From IMG/VR virus record IMGVR_UViG_3300037329_000068, positions 1 through 63,999 of that record: a DNA stretch of 63,999 nucleotides. One strand, written 5' to 3'. Under the pieces are notes generated by a model. It searched no databases, had not been told where the DNA came from, and saw nothing but the letters and a program-made list of their open reading frames with translations. Numbering within the stretch: the stretch's first letter is position 1; the number at the start of each line of letters is the position of its first letter. Source of the stretch: a virus (taxonomy: Duplodnaviria > Caudoviricetes). This document shows, in pieces, positions 27,985 to 37,288 of this stretch. Both the position numbers and the translations under genes were made by a program.

Positions 27985-28061
27985 AAAAGGAAAGCAATCC
28001 TAGACCACCACCGGGAGTAAAAAGACCAGCACCACCACCGGGACCACCAAAAAAGAAATAG
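27981..28061 (+). CDS. 26-aa proline-rich micropeptide
   Basis: MKKESNPRPPPGVKRPAPPPGPPKKK*; GAGGA RBS, ATGA overlap. Confidence 0.55.
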   Translation: MKKESNPRPPPGVKRPAPPPGPPKKK

Positions 28062-28070
28062 GCATTGGTC

Positions 28071-28133
28071 TTGCAATTGAATCCTTAGTATGAGAAGATA
28101 CCCTTGTACTGAGGAAATAACTAATTAGGAGAT
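28071..28133 (+). promoter_or_regulatory. Family A cassette
   Basis: TTGCAA..CCTTAGTATGAGAAGATACCCTTGTACTGAGG..TTAGGAGA. Confidence 0.8.
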
Positions 28134-28139
28134 TAGATC

Positions 28140-28598
28140 ATGGTTAACACCAAGATGCTTGCAGAAAAACTTGCTTCTGACATCGAAGTTGTTTTGAAAA
28201 AAAACTTTCCCAACGGGTACATTCGTGCTTTCTATTCAAACAACCTTGCTCCTGTCGTTTTTGTTAGCTTCGGTCTGATCAAAGACATCAACGATGTGAC
28301 CAACAAGATTCGTCACAACGATCCGCTGATTCACTCTTTTTGTGTTCACATCAACGGCGAAGACAGCTACGAAGCAAGCTCTTCTATTAGTGGTCTTAGC
28401 GTCAACCCAGAGACTGGTTCTTATATGGCAATGGGTAGTGTCAAAACCCCATTCCGCAAGACTACGGGCGACTCTAAGAAGGTTTTAAAAGCATTCACAC
28501 GGTTCGCTGCTCGTGTTGCCAAGATCGTTGAAGATAACAAAGCTAATATCTACGGCTTGGAAAGAATTGACCCAAAATATTTAAAGGTTGTACTATGA
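28140..28598 (+). CDS. Hypothetical early protein
   Basis: 152 aa after cassette. Confidence 0.7.
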   Translation: MVNTKMLAEKLASDIEVVLKKNFPNGYIRAFYSNNLAPVVFVSFGLIKDINDVTNKIRHNDPLIHSFCVHINGEDSYEASSSISGLSVNPETGSYMAMGSVKTPFRKTTGDSKKVLKAFTRFAARVAKIVEDNKANIYGLERIDPKYLKVVL

Positions 28599-28776
28599 TT
28601 CCAATTTACAAAGCGGGTATTCGCCAAATTTAGGATAAAAATAGTAAAAACAAAATATGGGGATGTATATTATAATTAAATTAGCTGTGATAATAAAATT
28701 CTTGAAAACTTAACAGGTAACGATATTTTAATGTTCAAATCAATTTTCAAAAAGGAAGTTTAAATAAAAATAATCA

Positions 28777-28838
28777 TTGACCAACACCCCTCAGTATGAG
28801 AAGATAGTTTTGTACTGAGGAACTGACCAATTAGGAGA
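28777..28838 (+). promoter_or_regulatory. Family A cassette
   Basis: TTGACC..CCTCAGTATGAGAAGATAGTTTTGTACTGAGG..TTAGGAGA. Confidence 0.85.
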
Positions 28839-28842
28839 ATTT

Positions 28843-29064
28843 ATGAAAAAAGATAACAACCAGAAAAACCAAATGTTTTTAGATCTAATTTCTTCAACCG
28901 CCAAAAATCTTATTCTCGACAACATCGCTAACCACTACGGAATCACTAGAAAAGAAGCACTTGACGAAGTTGTTGATGGTGAAGCAGAACAATTGCTAGA
29001 GTACATGACCGGAGTAGAGCGTAACGCGGCTCTGGTTCTAATGAAAAAATATGGGTACGCATAA
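28843..29064 (+). CDS. Hypothetical protein
   Basis: ILDNIANHYGIT..EA..EV...EAE.LLEY motif. Confidence 0.65.
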   Translation: MKKDNNQKNQMFLDLISSTAKNLILDNIANHYGITRKEALDEVVDGEAEQLLEYMTGVERNAALVLMKKYGYA

Positions 29065-29065
29065 A

Positions 29066-29314
29066 ATGGTCAAGTTTCTAAGATGTGTAAAAAGAGATTT
29101 AAACCGAGATGGGCCTAACTCAAAAATGTTCCTTGAAGGCGGTTTGTATAGGATAATTCAAGATACCGAATACAGCTTTCAAATTGTTGACGAGCTAAAT
29201 CGAATTCGGGTTGTTGGAAAAGACTTTATGAAATTTTCTATTCATGGCGGTGACGTTAGGAATTACAACCCAACCGGTTACGCATATTTTGAAGAAATCT
29301 TTACAAATTGGTAG
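29066..29314 (+). CDS. Hypothetical protein
   Basis: Coupled ORF. Confidence 0.55.
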   Translation: MVKFLRCVKRDLNRDGPNSKMFLEGGLYRIIQDTEYSFQIVDELNRIRVVGKDFMKFSIHGGDVRNYNPTGYAYFEEIFTNW

Positions 29315-29396
29315 ACACACCCCAGCAGTTATGAGATAATACTTGTGTTGAGTAAGGGGGACTTCCCCAAAATTGAAAACCAAAAGGTAATATATT

Positions 29397-29537
29397 ATGA
29401 AAATGTTCTTTGACGCACGTTCCGCAGCCCGTAACTTCAACAAAGCTTCTGTTAACGCTATCAAAGTTGTTGACAACAAAGCAAACCCAAGTGTAAAAGG
29501 CAGCCGCTGGGCTGTATCGTACAACCGCAAAGCGTAA
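29397..29537 (+). CDS. 46-aa basic protein, monocistronic (not in ORF track)
   Basis: MKMFFDARSAARNFNKASVNAIKVVDNKANPSVKGSRWAVSYNRKA*; own promoter, AAGGT RBS and terminator. Confidence 0.75.
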   Translation: MKMFFDARSAARNFNKASVNAIKVVDNKANPSVKGSRWAVSYNRKA

Positions 29538-29560
29538 CACCTAAATAGTAAGCATACACT

Positions 29561-29588
29561 GAAAAGGCCATTCATTTGGCCTTTTTTC
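29561..29588 (+). terminator. Intrinsic terminator
   Basis: AAAAGGCCA-ttcatt-TGGCCTTTTTT. Confidence 0.8.
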
Positions 29589-29608
29589 TTATTAGGAATA
29601 AAAAATTC

Positions 29609-30199
29609 ATGACAATAAGCGAAGATTTAGCAGCAAGGTTGGCTAAGTACAATAAACCAAGCAAGAAAACATATATTAATAAAACGGGCTACTGGATTTC
29701 TCCAAAAGGAAAGATTACAGATACCGACAGCAAAAATCATATTGATCAAATTATATCTTCACCCAGCACTTTTAATATAACCGCAGAATACATAAAATCT
29801 GAACATAAAAAATATGGAGAGAGTATTGGGCAGGAAGGGGATGCTCGTGATAATATCATGACAAAAGTTTTGCAGGATGGTTGGATTCGTGTTAGGGCTC
29901 GTAGAAACTTTATTTCTGTTCAGGTATGGGAATTTTCACGCACCACAACTAAGAATTTAGAAGCCTTTGCTGTACAGGGGTTGGAGTCCGGCTTTTCCGG
30001 TGAGTTTATACAGCCTAATGAGATGTTTAAAGTGTCTTCACTAAGTAACGGTAGGGCAAGGCAGGTTGAGGTTGAAAGCCTCGCTAAAGGTGGTTTGGTT
30101 GAGTCCTGTGAGTTCGATGTATACTCAGGGTTCCTGATTCAAGAGTCTATGCCCACATTTAAACAATTTATAAATAGAAAGATAAAAGAACTAAAATAA
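29609..30199 (+). CDS. Hypothetical protein, possible internal head protein
   Basis: GYWISPKG...NH...GWIRVR motif; C-terminal IQESMPTFKQFI. Confidence 0.65.
   Translation: MTISEDLAARLAKYNKPSKKTYINKTGYWISPKGKITDTDSKNHIDQIISSPSTFNITAEYIKSEHKKYGESIGQEGDARDNIMTKVLQDGWIRVRARRNFISVQVWEFSRTTTKNLEAFAVQGLESGFSGEFIQPNEMFKVSSLSNGRARQVEVESLAKGGLVESCEFDVYSGFLIQESMPTFKQFINRKIKELK
30169..30176 (+). promoter_or_regulatory. Late promoter TATAAATA
   Basis: Exact consensus upstream of P-loop gene. Confidence 0.65.
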
Positions 30200-30214
30200 A
30201 CGGGGCGATGTACT

Positions 30215-31054
30215 ATGAAAAAATTTACTGAATTCACTAATGATCTAATTAGTGAAAAGCTAATTACTTTCGGTGGAAAGGCGTATCCAAATTTTGGACA
30301 GATTGTTATTTTGGCAGGCGGAGCAGGCTCGGGCAAGGGATTCGTACTTGATATGCTTTTGGGTATTGATGGAACTGTTCTGGATGTTGACGCACTCAAA
30401 AAATTGGTAATGGGTTCTGATAAAATGTCAAAACGCATCAAAGACGAGACTGGACAAGATATAAAAAACTTCGACTTGCGAAAGTCAGAAAATGTTTCTA
30501 AGCTTCATGAACTTTTGTCTGATGTCTATGGTATTACCAAATCAAATGAGCGTAGAATTTTTGCAGGTGCTCTTGCTGCCCCCGCTGACCGAAAACCAAA
30601 CATTATTTTTGACGTAACACTAAAAGATATGAGCAAACTTGAAAAGCTTACACGCAATGCTATTGAACTTGGTTATCAAAGAGAAAATATTCACCTCGTG
30701 TGGGTAATTAATGACGTTGCCATTGCTACCGAACAAAATGCTGGTCGTTCTAGAGTGGTTCCAGAAGAAATTCTTTTTGCTACTCACGAGGGCGCAAGTT
30801 TAACAATGCGAAAATTGGTTGATACAGATATCAAAATCTCTAGATATCTTGATGGTGATATCTGGTTTTCGTTCAACAAGGTTGGTGTGGACACAGAACT
30901 TTCAAAATCTGATTTTGGTGGGTCTTATATTTCAGATGCTAACTACATTCAAATTAAGAAGCAAGGTAAGAAACCAATGGATTTGCTAGACATTGGAGAG
31001 CGACTTCTTCTTAAAATTAAATTCTATACTCCACCATCAAAGACTTGGCAGTAA
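30215..31054 (+). CDS. P-loop kinase (zeta-toxin/AAA_33-like) with capsid-targeting-like N-terminus
   Basis: LAGGAGSGKG Walker A, LDVD, IIFDVT, QNAGRSRVVPE..L..TH; begins MKKFTEF...LISE. Confidence 0.75.
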   Translation: MKKFTEFTNDLISEKLITFGGKAYPNFGQIVILAGGAGSGKGFVLDMLLGIDGTVLDVDALKKLVMGSDKMSKRIKDETGQDIKNFDLRKSENVSKLHELLSDVYGITKSNERRIFAGALAAPADRKPNIIFDVTLKDMSKLEKLTRNAIELGYQRENIHLVWVINDVAIATEQNAGRSRVVPEEILFATHEGASLTMRKLVDTDIKISRYLDGDIWFSFNKVGVDTELSKSDFGGSYISDANYIQIKKQGKKPMDLLDIGERLLLKIKFYTPPSKTWQ

Positions 31055-31127
31055 TCAGTTGACAAATAGCACCTTCGGGTGCTAAACTCTTTATCTACTG
31101 AGAGATTACCAAATAGAGGATTTAGTT

Positions 31128-31610
31128 TTGAAAATTTACTTTGATATGGATGGAGTTATCGCTGATTGGGAGGCAGGATTTAATGCGACTTTTCCAATTT
31201 CTTACGATGTTTTTAACGCATTGCCTCGTGATCGTTATGACGCATACAAAAACCTGATCCAAAACACCCCAAAATTTTTCTACGACTTACCCGCTTTTGC
31301 TAAAACTGTTTCTATTTTAAAAAAGTTGATTGCTGATGGTTATGATGTTGAAATTATGACTAGCGCAGGAACCAACAACACCGCCAAAATTGTGAAACAA
31401 AAAAGGGATTGGTTGAAGAAAAACGGAATCAACGCTCCTTTTAATTACACCACCAGCAGCAAAGAAAAAGCAAAGTTTGCAAATGCAAACACTGTGTTAA
31501 TTGATGACCGAGAAAAAAGCACTAAGCCATTTAAAGCAGCCGGTGGTAATGTTATTCTCCACACCGACGGAAAGACTGACCTGATGAAAGAACTGAAAAA
31601 ATACTTGTAA
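31128..31610 (+). CDS. 5'(3')-deoxyribonucleotidase, HAD family
   Basis: IYFDMDGVIADW, FF.DLP, KRDWL, LIDDR, AGG..ILH. Confidence 0.88.
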   Translation: MKIYFDMDGVIADWEAGFNATFPISYDVFNALPRDRYDAYKNLIQNTPKFFYDLPAFAKTVSILKKLIADGYDVEIMTSAGTNNTAKIVKQKRDWLKKNGINAPFNYTTSSKEKAKFANANTVLIDDREKSTKPFKAAGGNVILHTDGKTDLMKELKKYL

Positions 31611-31682
31611 TCTACTTGACTTGAGGGGTCGTTCCCCTTACCATTCACTTGAACCAAACTTAATAAATGGGTAATTTAAATA

Positions 31683-34142
31683 ATGAAACCACTTCATTCC
31701 AATAATAAATTGGTGTCTAGTGTCAACAACACGACATCTTTCAAAATGGAAACCTCGGCGGAAACCTTCGAGATTTTCACCAGCAACATTTACGAACACA
31801 AAGCAAGAGCCATTATCCGTGAGCTTTCATGCAATGCTCATGATTCTCATGTTGACGCGGGAAAACGGGACACCCCATTTCGTATTCATTTCCCTACTGT
31901 GTTCGAGCCATGGTTTGAGGTAGAAGATTTTGGTGTGGGTTTGGATGACTATGACATTCGTGGTGAAGAAAAAGTTCTTTACGATGCTGACAGGAATGAA
32001 GTTTCTCGTTATATGGAAGGTGGTATTTACACCACATACTTTGCATCATCCAAACGTGAATCCAACGAGTCTATAGGGCATCTGGGGCTGGGTTCTAAAT
32101 CACCCATGGCTTACACCAAGTCTATGACAGTTGTGGCTAGGAAAGACGGTGTAGAGCGTCACTACGTGTGTTTCATCGGTGAGGGTGGACAACCACAAAC
32201 CACGTTCAACAGCGAACATGAAACAGAGAAAGCCAACGGTGTGAGTGTTCGATTCTCTGTGCCAAGTGACGATTTTGAAGAATTCCGCAGAGAAGCACAA
32301 TTTGTTCTTTCACTGCTTCGTGTGAAGCCAGAAAGCAACATCACCATCGAACCATTTCTCTCAGAACAAGAATGTTCTGAATTGCGTGATGAAGGTACGC
32401 TGATCATTAAAAACACACATCCGTTTGTTCAACATGAAACAGCGGCTGTGTATGCTAACATGGGTGGTGTCGTCTATCCTGTTCGCAATATTGATTTCTA
32501 CTTTTTAGGAAAAACTGTTCTCGTTAATGAAGATGCCTATAACACTGGTGAAGAAGATACACCCATCTATCACACCTTTGATAAGGCTACTGTTTCTTTT
32601 ATTAAAAACGTGACAGAACGTAGTAGTCGTTGCATCATTGTTAATTTTGCTATTGGTGATCTTTCTTTTATGCCTTCTCGTGAGGGTCTATCTCAGGACA
32701 CCACAACAAAACTCAATCTGTACAAAACATTGGTTGGTTCTTTTCATACAAAAGTTGTTGAGCTTAATTCAAAGATAGAAGCATGTAGATCACCACTGGA
32801 AGCAGTCAATAAATTTGGTGAATTTTCATCACCGACTGATATGTTTGCAATGGAGTACAAATACAAAGGCCAGTCCATTTCACAAATCGCGTACAACAAA
32901 GCTTTCAGAGATATTCGTGATCTATTAGATCATGAAGAAGCAGATAAGATTATTTTTCATTACAAAGATTACGTTGGTCGAAACAAATTCACAAGATCAG
33001 CAAATCATACGTGTGTGCGTAGAGAACATTTGTTTAGAAAAACCATATATGACCTTTATGAAATAATGAAAGAAAAAAATCAAGCTTCATTTGATTGCTT
33101 TTACTGCAATGATAAGGGCGATTATAAAAATCTTTCAAAAGCGATTCGATTCTACATCAACCAGAAAGAGGTTAATGGCGAACGTGTTATGTTCTTTTGT
33201 ACTCCTGTAGAATCAGAAGTGTTTAAAAAAGTTCGCGACGTTCTTTACGGCAATGTTCGATATCGCCATATCTCTGAACTTGTTGAAGAAGTCAAGGTTA
33301 TTGAACCAACATTTTTTGATAAAAAAGCTCGGGTTGTATCTGGTGGTAGAAAAGTTTCAAAGAAGAATGAAACAAAGTCAAAACTGATTAGGTGGGATAA
33401 TAAAAAGGACTCTTATATTTCTACCGACAAACAGGTTCTTGTTAAGCTAGATAAGCTGAACCATACCAATTGTGCGTGGGTTGATTATTCTCATAAGGGA
33501 TCAACAAGCAGCGAATACTATTCCATTGAAGTAGGTGGGTCTGTAAAAACGATATCACGATTAAGGCTTGAAAGTATATTAGAAGATTTTAATATCAAGG
33601 TTGTCTTGATTGCCAATAAGAAGAATGATGCTAAAATTGCCCGTTCTGGACTGTCTCACATCAGTGACATGATCAAGTCAGTCTTTGACGCACACTATGA
33701 CACCATCTTGAAAAACCGTGTGTATGAAAATCTACACACACTGTACAAGATTGATGAGAAAGATATTTTTAATAGATTTATTAGGTCTGAATATGGTACA
33801 GAAAAAAAGATTCTCAGTTACCTTTACAAAAGTGACACAGAATACTCTCAACCGATGATTGATTTTGTGATTGACAAAGTAAAAAGGTTTAAGATTGCTA
33901 ATGAATATGAAGAAAATTTCTTTGATAGTCTTTCAAGTTTTGTTAATGCGAAAGAGGTAGATAAGCTGGTAATTGCTAATAGATCGTTTCATGATGATAT
34001 TATTGATGAAATGGAACATATTACAAATTCCATAAAAAGTAGATATCCGCTTCTTTTTGGTGTTGACGAAGACGAATCTCTTGTGTTAGAATATGTCGAG
34101 ATGATCAACGAAAGAAGCAACAAACAAATTAAAGTAGCATAA
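31683..34142 (+). CDS. rIIA: rIIA protector from prophage-induced early lysis
   Basis: IYEHKARAIIRELSCNAHDSH, EDFGVGL, YTTYFASSKR, IGHLGLGSKSP (GHKL ATPase), PSREGL. Confidence 0.92.
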   Translation: MKPLHSNNKLVSSVNNTTSFKMETSAETFEIFTSNIYEHKARAIIRELSCNAHDSHVDAGKRDTPFRIHFPTVFEPWFEVEDFGVGLDDYDIRGEEKVLYDADRNEVSRYMEGGIYTTYFASSKRESNESIGHLGLGSKSPMAYTKSMTVVARKDGVERHYVCFIGEGGQPQTTFNSEHETEKANGVSVRFSVPSDDFEEFRREAQFVLSLLRVKPESNITIEPFLSEQECSELRDEGTLIIKNTHPFVQHETAAVYANMGGVVYPVRNIDFYFLGKTVLVNEDAYNTGEEDTPIYHTFDKATVSFIKNVTERSSRCIIVNFAIGDLSFMPSREGLSQDTTTKLNLYKTLVGSFHTKVVELNSKIEACRSPLEAVNKFGEFSSPTDMFAMEYKYKGQSISQIAYNKAFRDIRDLLDHEEADKIIFHYKDYVGRNKFTRSANHTCVRREHLFRKTIYDLYEIMKEKNQASFDCFYCNDKGDYKNLSKAIRFYINQKEVNGERVMFFCTPVESEVFKKVRDVLYGNVRYRHISELVEEVKVIEPTFFDKKARVVSGGRKVSKKNETKSKLIRWDNKKDSYISTDKQVLVKLDKLNHTNCAWVDYSHKGSTSSEYYSIEVGGSVKTISRLRLESILEDFNIKVVLIANKKNDAKIARSGLSHISDMIKSVFDAHYDTILKNRVYENLHTLYKIDEKDIFNRFIRSEYGTEKKILSYLYKSDTEYSQPMIDFVIDKVKRFKIANEYEENFFDSLSSFVNAKEVDKLVIANRSFHDDIIDEMEHITNSIKSRYPLLFGVDEDESLVLEYVEMINERSNKQIKVA

Positions 34143-34154
34143 AGGGAAATTAAT

Positions 34155-35210
34155 ATGATGGTACTATTAACACAAGAAGATAGGTTTGAAATTTTTAAGA
34201 CATTCCTTATTAACGGCAACAAAACAAAAACAGCAGAAATGTATTGTGTTAGCGCGAGAACGATTGGTCGTATTGTAAAAGAATATGAAAGCAAAGGCGC
34301 AGATGAAGAATTGCCAACAGTTGTTTTAACTGAGATTGAAAAACTAGGGGCTGAACTTGATAAAGACCTTTCAGATGCTATGGAAAAAGCGATTATTGAA
34401 GAGCTATCAAATCCTGATGCTTCTGATGAAAGTGGTTCTCTCATTGATAATTTTGATTGGAACCTGATTGCAACAGCAAAGTCAATTACGGTTACAAAAA
34501 CCAATAAAGAAAGCTCAGAAACTGACTCGGTAGAACTTGCCAAAGGTAGTGATAATTTTCGGGAAGCATGGGCTATCATTCGTAAAACTGATATGTCTGA
34601 CGAAGACGAGGTTTCTATTGCTTCTGATGAAATCTTTACAATGGCTGATCCAAAGTCTGCTATTGAAAAGTTTAGCCAGGGAAAATTGACGGTTAACGTG
34701 AAAGAAGAGTGTGTTTACTATGACGGAAACCCTATTGATAACAGTCTGACAAGTCGTGTTATTAGCATGGTTACAATGAATGGTATTGAAGGCACACAAA
34801 GTTTGATTAATTTCTTAGAAAAGTTGATGGAAAACCCAAGCTTTCGTGCTGTGAATGAGTTGTATGGATTCTTGCAACATAATGACATTGAAATCAACAA
34901 CGAAGGCAATTTCTACGCATGGAAACGAGTTAACTCAGATTTCACAGATTGTTATTCAGGAACTATGGATAATAGCGTTGGCTCGGAAGTAGAAATGCCT
35001 CGCAATATGGTTAATGAAAATCCTAATGAAACATGCAGTCGTGGGCTTCACGTCGCAGCCAAAAGCTACCTATCAAGTTTTTCCGGTGACGTTGTGATCA
35101 AGTGTGAAGTCAATCCAAAAGACGTGGTAGCAGTTCCTATAGACTATGGAAATGCAAAAATGCGAACTTGTAGGTACAAAGTTGTTGAGGATGTGACCAA
35201 CAAGTTTTGA
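34155..35210 (+). CDS. rIIB: rIIB protein
   Basis: HTH VSARTIGR; NFLEKLMENPS.RAV.ELYGFL, MPRNMV, TCSRGLH, V.VP.DY..AKMR.C.Y.V. Confidence 0.93.
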   Translation: MMVLLTQEDRFEIFKTFLINGNKTKTAEMYCVSARTIGRIVKEYESKGADEELPTVVLTEIEKLGAELDKDLSDAMEKAIIEELSNPDASDESGSLIDNFDWNLIATAKSITVTKTNKESSETDSVELAKGSDNFREAWAIIRKTDMSDEDEVSIASDEIFTMADPKSAIEKFSQGKLTVNVKEECVYYDGNPIDNSLTSRVISMVTMNGIEGTQSLINFLEKLMENPSFRAVNELYGFLQHNDIEINNEGNFYAWKRVNSDFTDCYSGTMDNSVGSEVEMPRNMVNENPNETCSRGLHVAAKSYLSSFSGDVVIKCEVNPKDVVAVPIDYGNAKMRTCRYKVVEDVTNKF

Positions 35211-35446
35211 TAAATTTGGGCGGGGGGTAAAACCCCCCGAACAGGAGAAGCGAAATGATTTACTACACAGATGATGGTGTTTTTAGAAATATCAGAACAT
35301 TCCACTTTACACCAACGATATCTTTTATTGAGAATCCAGAAGGGTCTGGAAAGATAAAACAAAAGAGATGGTTGAGGCTTTCTATCATTAAGCAGAAAAT
35401 GATTAATGGAATATGGGTGACAATGGAATTTTTAGACAAATAGCTA

Positions 35447-35508
35447 TTGCATCTAATCACTCGCTATGGGATAATATCCTTGTAGTGAGGGATTATTCAA
35501 TTAGGAGA
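35447..35508 (+). promoter_or_regulatory. Family A cassette variant
   Basis: TTGCAT..CTCGCTATGGGATAATATCCTTGTAGTGAGG..TTAGGAGA. Confidence 0.7.
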
Positions 35509-35514
35509 TTTGAA

Positions 35515-35757
35515 ATGAAACGCAAAAACTTTGAAATTATCAAGAATGGTGTTTATCTTGAAACTAAACACGCATGGAACTCTTCCATACGCGCTATAGA
35601 AGCCGATGTTAACAAGGTAGCACACGAAGAAGATACTGTGTATAACTTAGTTGATGCAGAATCTATTAAAGAAGGTTTCTACATGGTTTCTGGTTATCGT
35701 ATATGGGTTTCTGTTGCGGGAAACACTTTTAAGTATGAAATAAACTTGCTGGGTTAA
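35515..35757 (+). CDS. Hypothetical protein
   Basis: Start after cassette RBS. Confidence 0.6.
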   Translation: MKRKNFEIIKNGVYLETKHAWNSSIRAIEADVNKVAHEEDTVYNLVDAESIKEGFYMVSGYRIWVSVAGNTFKYEINLLG

Positions 35758-35768
35758 AAGACATTTTT

Positions 35769-36095
35769 ATGAAAATTATAACTAACCATCAATATCGTTA
35801 TTTTTTGTACGGATACGAAGTACCAGAGAAAATCAGAAAATGTGAATTTGATTATATGGATGATGAAACATTTTCAGAAGAAAGCTTTATTCTATACAAA
35901 GACGAATACCTTTCTATGAGTAATTTTATCAGAATCGTTGGACCAACGGAAAATTGTAGATTTGCTTATATTGACTATTCTGGCGATTTAAACGGTTGGA
36001 ATGGAATACTAACAGAAACTGGTTTTTCTGGGTTGTTGATAAAAGTTGGTGATCACGGAGACACATACAAGATTGGTCGGTACTGTAGCTTGTAA
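35769..36095 (+). CDS. Conserved phage hypothetical protein
   Basis: MKIITNHQ.R...EFDY...GW.G...FSGLLI. Confidence 0.65.
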   Translation: MKIITNHQYRYFLYGYEVPEKIRKCEFDYMDDETFSEESFILYKDEYLSMSNFIRIVGPTENCRFAYIDYSGDLNGWNGILTETGFSGLLIKVGDHGDTYKIGRYCSL

Positions 36096-36150
36096 TTCAG
36101 TCTTCGGTATGAGATAATGGTTTTGTACTGAGGAACTGACCAATTAGGAA
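36090..36150 (+). promoter_or_regulatory. Family A cassette
   Basis: TTGTAA..CTTCGGTATGAGATAATGGTTTTGTACTGAGG..TTAGGA. Confidence 0.8.
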
Positions 36151-36156
36151 TCTAAT

Positions 36157-36417
36157 ATGAAAGAATACAGTGAAGCAAAGTTTTTTGAATTGTCTGAGCT
36201 ACTTTACAACAATGACCCTGCGGGGACTTGCTGTTTAGAAAACGAAATGACTGATGAGTATGATGCGGAAGCATACAGAATTCTTTTGTTAAATGATTGT
36301 GACTTTAAAGATAGCAAATCTGTTCTAAATGTCTTTGATGAAATGTTTGATGACAATTACGATAAAGAAGTCATCAATAAAATCTTCCCTACAATCAAAC
36401 GCATAATGATGTCATAA
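36157..36417 (+). CDS. Hypothetical acidic protein
   Basis: DPAG...DEYDAEA motif. Confidence 0.6.
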   Translation: MKEYSEAKFFELSELLYNNDPAGTCCLENEMTDEYDAEAYRILLLNDCDFKDSKSVLNVFDEMFDDNYDKEVINKIFPTIKRIMMS

Positions 36418-36422
36418 AATAA

Positions 36423-36430
36423 TATAAATA
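36423..36430 (+). promoter_or_regulatory. Late promoter TATAAATA
   Basis: Exact consensus; another copy at 36979-36986. Confidence 0.7.
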
Positions 36431-36484
36431 GAGATAATAACCCATAAAGGGTAATATGTTACCCATAAAAGGTATTATCTCCAA

Positions 36485-36958
36485 ATGAAAACAATTAAAG
36501 ACATCCTTATAGAATCCCGACAAATGGATCGTTTCTCATCTGCAAAACAGAAGGGAAAACGATCTAAATCAGAAGAGCAAGAAGTAGCAAAAGATTCAAA
36601 CATCTTCTTTAAATACCCCTACAAAGGATGGAAGTTTGAATCCACTATTCATGCCGCCGCACAAGAATATGATCGCCGCCCCGATATGAAAGAAGATGAT
36701 TGGAAAGACTTCCACAACAGGGTCTTTGACAAGTTGGAAAAAATGAAACCCATTAGTGGAGCTTTTGTTTTCTTTTCAAAAAAGTATCAACAATCATACA
36801 TAGCCGCAGTTAGTTTTGAAGCCAAATCTGTTCGCATTATAACCGTCTTGCCCAAAGGAAAATCTGATCCCAGACAATCCGATCCTTCAAAACCACCTAC
36901 AATTCGTATGATTATTGAAGGTCAAGAATACGATCTTGAATTAATTGAATGTTCATAA
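36485..36958 (+). CDS. Late protein, possible BECR-fold RNase with capsid-targeting-like leader
   Basis: MKTIKDILIES; STIHA..Q..DR...VRIITVLP. Confidence 0.5.
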   Translation: MKTIKDILIESRQMDRFSSAKQKGKRSKSEEQEVAKDSNIFFKYPYKGWKFESTIHAAAQEYDRRPDMKEDDWKDFHNRVFDKLEKMKPISGAFVFFSKKYQQSYIAAVSFEAKSVRIITVLPKGKSDPRQSDPSKPPTIRMIIEGQEYDLELIECS

Positions 36959-37009
36959 GCATTCTAAATACAACCGAGTATAAATATATAATGTATAGGA
37001 AATAAAAAT

Positions 37010-37288
37010 ATGAGAAAATTACCAATTTGGGCTAAAAAGCCCAAAAGCAAAAAGAAAGTTATTGCAACACACAAAGGTTGGGTAGTTGAAGATACTGGCG
37101 AAGTATTGAAATGTCTTAAAGGGCTTGATGAAAGGCTAAAAGCTTTATTTGAAGAAATTGCAGAGCTTTCTATTTCAATAGAAAAAAATAAAATAGCAAA
37201 ATTTGAAAGTCAAGAAGTTAGTGAGTTACCAAAACCAAAGACACCTGTTCGGAGAGGCAGACCTAAGAAAAATGCAACTAAACGATAA
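37010..37288 (+). CDS. Late hypothetical protein with AT-hook-like tail
   Basis: IAT.KGWV..DTGEVL; RRGRPKK. Confidence 0.65.
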   Translation: MRKLPIWAKKPKSKKKVIATHKGWVVEDTGEVLKCLKGLDERLKALFEEIAELSISIEKNKIAKFESQEVSELPKPKTPVRRGRPKKNATKR

